Positions 56,930-64,000 of a DNA stretch of 64,000 bases are shown here, piece after piece; the first letter of the stretch is position 1; each line of letters begins with the position of its first letter. The notes beneath the pieces are model-generated. The model had not been told where the DNA came from, did not search any database, and worked only from the letters and a program-made list of their open reading frames with translations. Made by a program: the position numbers and the translations under genes. Origin of the DNA: an uncultured Chloroherpeton sp. Lineage in GTDB: Bacteria; Bacteroidota; Ignavibacteria; Kapaibacteriales; UBA2268. The stretch spans positions 40,664 through 104,663 of the forward strand of contig CAZCNL010000003.1 of NCBI GenBank assembly GCA_964500435.1. Reading direction: 5' to 3'.

Positions 56930-58243
56930 CTAAATAACTTTTTTTAGTTTAAATGAGCTGATTGCTTTTTGAAATATTAAGTTATAATATTTATATAAAG
57001 GTAATGGCATCAAAAACCGCATTTCTACAAGGTTCTCGCCGTAAGCAATACCAAAATTCCAAACAATTGAAGCTACTGATTGTTTATCTTTTTGCATTAG
57101 TATTTTGTCTAAAATTGAAGGATAATTATTATATGTTTTACTTACTCTTTCAGCGAGTTGATATCTCCAAAATTGTGGTAAAGTTGAAAGAGAATCTTGT
57201 ATTTTCCTCCAATATTCAATTATATCAGCGGGTTCATTCGAACCTACCGTTTTTGAGATAAATGGAGTAATTTTAACTTTTATTCCTAATCTATTATCAT
57301 AAGTAAATAATGAATCGGGATAAAAATAGACAACAATACTATCTTGGAATTTTTCCTCATGAATTTTAAAATCACTTGGTAACAAAATTGTAAATGATGA
57401 ATCTTTATTTGTGAAAGTGCTCATTTCTGTTTTATTTGGGTCGAGTATTTCACCCAGCCTAATATCTTCTACTGTCCTTCTGTCTTGTCGAGCATGCAAA
57501 GAATCTCCAATCATATCAAAAGCGAAAGCTCGGTTATTATATGCAAAAGGGTTTAGCGGTTCCCAATAAATTACTTGAGTATAATCATCAATTGCTTTTT
57601 GATAATCTTTGTTCTTAAAATACGAGTTTGCTCTTCTTAAAAAGATATCAGAATTTATATAATTATTTTCCATTGCATTAGTAAAATGTTGAATTGCATC
57701 TTGATATTTACCGAGTGAATGCTCGGCTCGTGCTCTTTGGAAGTAAATTTCGGGATTTAAAGTATCTAAGGAATTTGATTTTAATAAATCATTATAAGCA
57801 TCATCAATTTTTCCTCTGTCGAGATAAATCTTTGCTCGATTTAGATATGCTTCGGCAAATTTTTTGTCTAATTCAATTGCTTTATTGAAGTCATTTAAGG
57901 CTGAATTTGTATCATTTTTCTTAATTTCGACTAATCCTTTTAAATTGTATACATCCGAAATTTTGGGTGCGAATTTAACAAGTAAATTTAAACTTGCTAA
58001 TGATGAATCGTATTCTTCGAGACGGAAATAACATAAACTTTTATTGAAAAGTGCATCCGGATTTGTTTTGTCAACTTTTAAAACAGAATCAAATACAGCA
58101 ATTGCTTCGTTAAATTTACGAAGTGTAATCAGATTTTTTCCAAATTCAACTTTGCTTGTAATTGTTTCTGTAGAATATAAATTGCTTAAAGAAATTATAA
58201 TAAAATATAGTGCAACAATGATACTAAACTTATTTATTTTCAT
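56930..58243 (-). CDS. Secreted tetratricopeptide-repeat protein
   Basis: Signal peptide, then at least 6 TPR units (AIAVFDSVLKVD, ALNDFNKAIELD, AIQHFTNAMENN, AIDDYTQVIYWE...). Confidence 0.7.
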   Translation of the reverse strand: MKINKFSIIVALYFIIISLSNLYSTETITSKVEFGKNLITLRKFNEAIAVFDSVLKVDKTNPDALFNKSLCYFRLEEYDSSLASLNLLVKFAPKISDVYNLKGLVEIKKNDTNSALNDFNKAIELDKKFAEAYLNRAKIYLDRGKIDDAYNDLLKSNSLDTLNPEIYFQRARAEHSLGKYQDAIQHFTNAMENNYINSDIFLRRANSYFKNKDYQKAIDDYTQVIYWEPLNPFAYNNRAFAFDMIGDSLHARQDRRTVEDIRLGEILDPNKTEMSTFTNKDSSFTILLPSDFKIHEEKFQDSIVVYFYPDSLFTYDNRLGIKVKITPFISKTVGSNEPADIIEYWRKIQDSLSTLPQFWRYQLAERVSKTYNNYPSILDKILMQKDKQSVASIVWNFGIAYGENLVEMRFLMPLPLYKYYNLIFQKAISSFKLKKVI

Positions 58244-58354
58244 ATAATTAAAAATTAAATTAAAGTTAAATTATACAACGAATGAAATGGAAAAAGATTG
58301 ATTGTTATATTAAAACAGTAATAATTATATAGAAATAAGACATAAAAAAACATA

Positions 58355-58395
58355 AAAAAGGTTGCCTATAAAAGACAACCTCCAAAAAAAAGGTA
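58355..58395 (-). terminator. Probable intrinsic terminator downstream of ftsZ
   Basis: On the minus strand: stem AGGTTGTC/GGCAACCT (one G-U pair), followed by a TTTTTTATGTTTTTTT run. Confidence 0.5.
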
Positions 58396-58406
58396 ATATG
58401 AATAAA

Positions 58407-59831
58407 TTAAAGCATAAATCTTTGAATATAATTATCCCCGGTGCTTCCCATACTCATAAAATCGATACCTCGGGGATAATTTTCCATAGAGTTTTTCTCG
58501 GTATTCAACGTAGTAGTTGTTTGTATTTTTTCTTCTTTACTGGGAAATAAAGTAGATACTTGCTGAGAATTAGCAATGCGTTCTTTAAATGTTTCATCTC
58601 TGGAAATTGTTGGTTGGTCGTAATATTTTATTTTATCACCACGAGGAATTTCAATAGTTGTATTTTGTTCCTCAGTTGTGCTAATTGTTTCAACTGTTTG
58701 AGGTTTTGGTGTATTTTTTTTATTTATTTCCTCAAGCCTTCTTTTGACATCAATGGGAGTATTTCTTTTTAGACCATTATTTGCCGACAAAAAAGGATTT
58801 GGGTCAAAAATTGTATTTTTATCTGATGAATTATTAGAAAACTTTACATCATTTTTACTTTCAAAACCAGCAGCAACAACAGTTACACTTAAAATATCGG
58901 TTTCTTCATTAGTTTTGACCATACCATAAATTAAATTTACATCTTCGCCAGTAAATTCTTGAATAGTTTTGATAACCGTTTGCATTTCTTTGATACCCAC
59001 ACTTTTACCGGAAGTAATATTTACGAGTAAGCCCTTTGCTCCGGCAATTGAAATACCGTCAAGTAATGGGGAAGTTACAGCTTTGATTGCGGCTTCTTTC
59101 GCACGATTTTCACCATTGGCGTATCCTATACCCATCAAAGCATCGCCTTTATCTTTCATTATTGATTTTACATCAGCGAAATCAACGTTGATATGTCCTG
59201 GATTATTTATTATATCTGAAATCCCCCTTGTTGAATTCAAAAGAATTTCGTCAATTTTCTTTAATGCTTCGTCAGCATCTAAATCTTCTTCGATTATATC
59301 GTAAATCTTCTGATTTGGAATTACTATTATTGCATCGACATTTTTTCGAAGTTCATCGATACCTTTTTTTGCATTTTCAATTCTATGCTTTCCTTCGAAT
59401 TCGAAAGGACGAGTAACGATAGCGACAACTAATGCCCCAGATTCTTTCGCAACTCTTGCAACGACAGGAGTTGCACCGGTTCCAGTTCCACCGCCCATAC
59501 CGCACGTTACAAATACCATTTCACTACCAGAAACGATTTCTCTGATTTCTTGTTCGCTTTCCTCAGCAGCTTTACGACCAACTTCAGGGTCACCCCCAGC
59601 GCCAAGACCTTTTGTTAAACGTTTTCCTAATTGAATTTTGATTTTTGCTTTGTTGTCGGCTAAAGCTTGAGCGTCTGTATTAGCTGCAATTAATTCGACG
59701 CCTTTGATATTACCATCAATCATATTTTTGATAGCGTTGCAACCACCACCACCAACACCAATTACTTTGATTATTGCTCTCAAGTATTCTGGTTCCGCTA
59801 AATCAATAGAAATGTTGTTGCCATTTGACAT
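58407..59831 (-). CDS. ftsZ: Cell division protein FtsZ
   Basis: GVGGGGCNA tubulin signature, T7 loop region, and a variable C-terminal linker. Confidence 0.95.
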   Translation of the reverse strand: MSNGNNISIDLAEPEYLRAIIKVIGVGGGGCNAIKNMIDGNIKGVELIAANTDAQALADNKAKIKIQLGKRLTKGLGAGGDPEVGRKAAEESEQEIREIVSGSEMVFVTCGMGGGTGTGATPVVARVAKESGALVVAIVTRPFEFEGKHRIENAKKGIDELRKNVDAIIVIPNQKIYDIIEEDLDADEALKKIDEILLNSTRGISDIINNPGHINVDFADVKSIMKDKGDALMGIGYANGENRAKEAAIKAVTSPLLDGISIAGAKGLLVNITSGKSVGIKEMQTVIKTIQEFTGEDVNLIYGMVKTNEETDILSVTVVAAGFESKNDVKFSNNSSDKNTIFDPNPFLSANNGLKRNTPIDVKRRLEEINKKNTPKPQTVETISTTEEQNTTIEIPRGDKIKYYDQPTISRDETFKERIANSQQVSTLFPSKEEKIQTTTTLNTEKNSMENYPRGIDFMSMGSTGDNYIQRFML

Positions 59832-59896
59832 ATTACCCCCGTTTTTATATTATTATTTTATTACCTTCTTTTTGCTTTTAACTTAATATAAAAATA

Positions 59897-61330
59897 TTAA
59901 AATTGTTCGAAAATTTCTTTAACTTTATCTAAAATATTTGTTTTTTGAGATTTTTCTTTCTTTTTCTTTTTGCTTTTTTCTTCTTTTACAGTTTTATTTT
60001 CATCAATTTCTTCAACTGATTCCTTTTCTTCAATTTTATTTTCGAGATCTTGCTCTGGATTAATTTTCGTTTCAACATTTTGTTCATTTTCGTTCTTATT
60101 TTCTTCGAAAGGTTCTTCTGTTTGAAAATAATTTCGGAAACTGTAAAGTGCAAGACCAACACCAGTTGCGAAAATCGGATTTTCAACTTCTGGTGCTAAA
60201 CCTTTTGAAGAAATTCCCGTTGGAATACCAATTTTAACAGGTAAAGATAATACTTCTTCGGCTAATTCATCAATGCCTGTAAGTAATGTTGTTCCGCCAG
60301 TTATTACAACACCCGCACCAAGTTGATCTTTGAATCCTGAATTTATCAATGCTGTATTGACAAATTTGAGTATTTCTGTCATTCTTGATTGTAAAATTAA
60401 AACTAAATCGCTTTTTTTAATTTCTTTGGGAGTTCTACCTCCGACAGGTGGAATTTGCAAAATATCATCTTTATGCAAACTATTAAGATAGCAATGACCG
60501 TATTCTCTTTTAATTCTTTCTGCTTCGTTTTTAACAATATTTAAAACTCGCCTTACATCATCAGTTAACAAGCTGCCACCAAGAGCAATAACATCAGTAT
60601 ATTTTATGACATTATCAACAAATATTGCAATATCTGTTGTTCCGCCTCCAATATCAATCAAAGCAACGCCAACTTCTTTTTCGTCTTCGCTTAAAACAGC
60701 ATAAGAACTTGCAAGAGGCTCTAAAATTAATTCTTCGACTTCCAAGCCCGCACGATTAATACATTTATATATGTTATCAATTGCAGTTGCCATTCCGGTT
60801 ACAATGTGGATTTTTGCTTCCATCCGCACACCACTCATACCGATTGGCTCGATAACTCCATCTTGACCATCGATTATATATTCTTGTGGAAATAAGTGAA
60901 TGATTTTTCTTTCAAGGGAAAGTGGAATTTTTGATGCTTCTTTAATTAATCTATCTACTTCTTCTTTTGTAATTTCTTTTTGAGGATTTGAGACACTAAT
61001 AATATGATGGCTTAAAGTAGATTGGATGTGGTCGCCAGCAATTCCTACAGTTACTTTATTAGATTTCAATCCGCTTTGTTGTTCAGCTTGTTCAACTGCT
61101 TTACGGATTGCTTTAACAGTTTTATCGATATTGACAACCACGCCACGATTTAACCCTTCGCTCTCGGCAACACCAACACCAAGTATTTCGATTGCTTGTT
61201 TGGTCTTATCGGGAACTGATAAAATTGCACAAATCTTTGTTGTACCAATATCAATAGCTAATTTAACGGGCAAGTTTGTTTCTTTGTCCAATTTTCCCCC
61301 ACTTAATTTGTTACTACTTGATTTGACCAT
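59897..61330 (-). CDS. ftsA: Cell division protein FtsA
   Basis: Actin-like ATPase motifs (LAIDIGTTKICAIL; DIGGGTTDIAIF). Sits between ftsQ and ftsZ, with a Lys/Glu-rich C-terminal tail. Confidence 0.9.
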   Translation of the reverse strand: MVKSSSNKLSGGKLDKETNLPVKLAIDIGTTKICAILSVPDKTKQAIEILGVGVAESEGLNRGVVVNIDKTVKAIRKAVEQAEQQSGLKSNKVTVGIAGDHIQSTLSHHIISVSNPQKEITKEEVDRLIKEASKIPLSLERKIIHLFPQEYIIDGQDGVIEPIGMSGVRMEAKIHIVTGMATAIDNIYKCINRAGLEVEELILEPLASSYAVLSEDEKEVGVALIDIGGGTTDIAIFVDNVIKYTDVIALGGSLLTDDVRRVLNIVKNEAERIKREYGHCYLNSLHKDDILQIPPVGGRTPKEIKKSDLVLILQSRMTEILKFVNTALINSGFKDQLGAGVVITGGTTLLTGIDELAEEVLSLPVKIGIPTGISSKGLAPEVENPIFATGVGLALYSFRNYFQTEEPFEENKNENEQNVETKINPEQDLENKIEEKESVEEIDENKTVKEEKSKKKKKEKSQKTNILDKVKEIFEQF

Positions 61331-62094
61331 CGCAAATCAATATAATCAGGTTGTTGATTACTTTTACTTAAATAGTCATTTAAATAATTTTCAAATTTAA
61401 GAAATTTTTCTTCTATATCATTCAAATTTCCTACTCTAACTGAAATTTTTCCTAAAATTTGAAAACAAATCCCTTTATCGCTAATCCAAATTTTATCTGC
61501 TTTGATACCTTTTTTTGAAAAGTTTTGGTAATATTCTAAAAATTTAGCGATTAAACTTAATTCATTTTGATTGTTATGTGAATTTAATTGTTGAATATCA
61601 ACAGTTGGTAAATTTGTATTAACTGTGAACCCATTTTGGGGAATTAATTCTCCTTCATCAGTGAGATAATAATTAATTCCATCCTTATTTGTTCCTTTTC
61701 CAACTATATTTTTGGTTTTAATTACAACGACGAATTTTTCTGGAAAAGTAGTAATAAAATCAACTTTTTTAATGTACGGATTAGATAAAATTAATGATTT
61801 TATATATTCTTCATTTATTTGAGACAGTTTTTGTTTTAAGATATAAGGATAAATTTTATCTTGAATTGATTTGATGGGGATGTATTTGTTTTCAATAATG
61901 CTTATTTCTTTGATTTCACGATGTTTTAACCAATATGAAGACGTAAATAACAATAAAAGAATTAATGCTAAGATAATTGATAGTAAATACTTTTGGGCTT
62001 TATTCAGTCCAGCACTTGATATTGAGGTGTTATCTTTTTCTTTATTATTAATAAAATTCATTAGCAAATAATTTTTAAAATAAATAAATAACAA
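61303..62094 (-). CDS. ftsQ: Cell division protein FtsQ/DivIB
   Basis: N-terminal TM helix, a POTRA-like domain, and a position immediately upstream of ftsA (28-nt overlap). Confidence 0.7.
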   Translation of the reverse strand: MLFIYFKNYLLMNFINNKEKDNTSISSAGLNKAQKYLLSIILALILLLLFTSSYWLKHREIKEISIIENKYIPIKSIQDKIYPYILKQKLSQINEEYIKSLILSNPYIKKVDFITTFPEKFVVVIKTKNIVGKGTNKDGINYYLTDEGELIPQNGFTVNTNLPTVDIQQLNSHNNQNELSLIAKFLEYYQNFSKKGIKADKIWISDKGICFQILGKISVRVGNLNDIEEKFLKFENYLNDYLSKSNQQPDYIDLRWSNQVVTN

Positions 62095-62317
62095 ACTCGC
62101 TCTCAGTCTTCATTGTAAGGAATTAGCTGTTTAATTTATTTGCAAATTAAAATTGAAAATTTGCCCCCCTGCACTTTACAATTTAATATAAAATAATGAA
62201 TTTACCAAATATTTTTTAATTATTTTTTGTTTTTTTGGAAAAATTTTCATTTATTTTGACTTTTAAGTTAATTTTGAAACTTTTATTCTTAATATTTTGA
62301 CTTTAAATTATTGAAAA

Positions 62318-63733
62318 GTGAAACATAAAAAACAACAATATAAAGAGTTAGAAATAACATCATTAGCATTTGAAGGATTCGGAATTGCAAGATTAGATGG
62401 TATGGTGTACTTTGTAAAAAATGCAATTCCAGGTGATATAGTAAAAGCATTGATTACCAAGAAACGAAAATCATACATTGAAGCCACTGTCGAAGAAATA
62501 ATTCAACCATCGAAATTTCGAAGTGAACCACGTTGCGAATATTTTAATGATTGTGGCGGTTGTGCTTTGCAAAATTTGCCCTATGAACAACAATTATATT
62601 GGAAAAAACAATTCGTTTACGATGCACTCACAAGAATTGGAAAAATTAATGAACCAAATGTGCAAAATACATTGAGTGCACCAAGCGAGTATTTTTATAG
62701 AAATAAAATGGAATTTTCATTTTCAGCAAATAGGTGGTTGTCAAAATTGGAAATCGAAAGTGGGGAATTAAATATCAAAAAGGACTTCGCTCTTGGTCTT
62801 CATACTCCGAAGAATTTTTTGAAAGTAATTGATATCGAAAAATGTTATATTCAAAATAATTATGCAAATGAAATATTGAATTTATTCCGAAAATTAGCTA
62901 TAGAAAAGAAAATTAATGCATACGACTCTAGAACACATAATGGTTTTTTGAAAAATTTAGTAATTCGATATAGCAATTTCGAAGATAAATTTATGGTTAT
63001 TTTAATTACAAATCAACCAAAAAGTGAAAACGAGGATGAATTTTTCGAAAATGTCTCTAATTCTTTAGATTTTGATGAAATGAAAATCTCATCGCTGATT
63101 TGGGGAATCAATTCAAGTGTATCACCTGTTGCAAATGGTGAAATTATTGTTCATAAAGGTGCAAAGTATTTAACAGAAGTTATTTTAGGAATAAAATTCA
63201 GAATTTCTCCATTTTCTTTTTTTCAAACTAATTCATTACAATTAAATAATTTTATCAGTAAAATAATCGAAATTGCGGATTTAAAAAGCACTGATGTTGC
63301 AGTTGATTTATATTGTGGTGCTGGTTCAATTACATTACCCGCCGCAAAAAAAGTAAAAAAAATAACAGGTTTCGAAATAGTAAATTCCGCTGTAGAAGAT
63401 GCAAGGGAAAATGCAAAAAATAATAATATTGAAAATGCTGATTTTATAGCCGTGGACTTGCACAGCAAAGAAATTCCAGAAACATTGAAAAATTATTCCG
63501 AAATTGACGTTCTTTTTATCGACCCTCCTAGAGCAGGAATGCATCAAAATTTAATGAATCATATTCTTGAAATAAAACCTCCAAAAATCATTTATGTAAG
63601 CTGTAATCCAACAACTCAAGCACGAGATTTAGAAAAATTAAAAGAATATTATGATTTAAATATATGTGTTCCAGTCGATATGTTTCCGCAAACATATCAT
63701 ATTGAATCAATAATTAAGTTAATTAAGAAATAA
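62318..63733 (+). CDS. rlmD: 23S rRNA (uracil-C5)-methyltransferase, RlmD/RumA family (TRAM + 4Fe-4S + SAM MTase)
   Basis: N-terminal TRAM domain, Cys cluster CEYFNDCGGCALQ, SAM-binding VDLYCGAGSITLP, and catalytic region with DPPRAG and VSCNP. Confidence 0.85.
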   Translation: MKHKKQQYKELEITSLAFEGFGIARLDGMVYFVKNAIPGDIVKALITKKRKSYIEATVEEIIQPSKFRSEPRCEYFNDCGGCALQNLPYEQQLYWKKQFVYDALTRIGKINEPNVQNTLSAPSEYFYRNKMEFSFSANRWLSKLEIESGELNIKKDFALGLHTPKNFLKVIDIEKCYIQNNYANEILNLFRKLAIEKKINAYDSRTHNGFLKNLVIRYSNFEDKFMVILITNQPKSENEDEFFENVSNSLDFDEMKISSLIWGINSSVSPVANGEIIVHKGAKYLTEVILGIKFRISPFSFFQTNSLQLNNFISKIIEIADLKSTDVAVDLYCGAGSITLPAAKKVKKITGFEIVNSAVEDARENAKNNNIENADFIAVDLHSKEIPETLKNYSEIDVLFIDPPRAGMHQNLMNHILEIKPPKIIYVSCNPTTQARDLEKLKEYYDLNICVPVDMFPQTYHIESIIKLIKK

Positions 63734-63766
63734 TTTTGTAATTTTATAATTTTAAATATTTTAGAG

Positions 63767-64000
63767 ATGGACAAACTTATAATAGAAGGTGGAAAAAAAC
63801 TTAAAGGAAAAATCAAAATATCTGGGTCAAAAAATGGGGCTTTAGCAATAATTCCCGCAGCAATTTTAGCACCTGGAATTTACCATTTGTCAAATACACC
63901 GAACTTACGAGATATTTGGACAATGTCTCAATTGATGAATTCTTTGGGTTCATTTTGTGAATTAAATGATAATGAATTATTTATCGATTCAAGAAATATC
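63767..64000 (+). CDS. murA: UDP-N-acetylglucosamine 1-carboxyvinyltransferase, 3'-truncated by window edge
   Basis: MDKLIIEGGKKLKGKIKISGSKNGALAIIPAAILA is the canonical MurA N-terminus. The ORF runs off the window. Confidence 0.85.
   Translation, partial: MDKLIIEGGKKLKGKIKISGSKNGALAIIPAAILAPGIYHLSNTPNLRDIWTMSQLMNSLGSFCELNDNELFIDSRNI

Overview
This is a visibly AT-rich stretch of bacterial chromosome, densely packed with genes on both strands. I support about 48 protein-coding genes, one tRNA-Pro(CGG), one degraded chemoreceptor gene, several hairpin terminators and a short 13-bp tandem repeat. I see no transposase, integrase, CRISPR array, restriction-modification or toxin-antitoxin genes, and no self-evident new multi-gene system. 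The content points to a Bacteroidota/Ignavibacteria-like organism that retains flagella.

Housekeeping genes recognised by motif:
- translation and tRNA modification: lysS (5' partial), miaB, tsaE, rlmD, thpR
- envelope and cell division: uppS-bamA-skp-skp-lpxD, asd, ftsQ-ftsA-ftsZ, murA (3' partial)
- repair and metabolism: uvrC, glgP-type alpha-glucan phosphorylase, an M3 peptidase, a YgiQ radical-SAM protein, a NifU-like scaffold

Lineage-specific content:
- three large secreted proteins ending in type-A T9SS sorting domains
- a response regulator with a PglZ domain, of the PorX type
- a lipoprotein plant-type glutaminyl cyclase; many nearby signal peptides expose Gln at +1
- a TonB-dependent SusC/RagA-like receptor
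- a stand-alone fliP-fliQ-fliR-flhB flagellar export cluster

Most worth a second look:
- a GtrB-like GT2 enzyme operonic with a giant DUF2723 membrane protein
- a voltage-gated channel with a NaChBac-like TFEGW pore fused to two RCK-like domains
- a tightly packed RsbW-like kinase plus Rieske protein pair
- a chemoreceptor gene killed by an in-frame TAA and truncated after its HAMP start

All calls rest on reading the translations and DNA directly. No database searches were run, so family names are recognition-based and should be confirmed.
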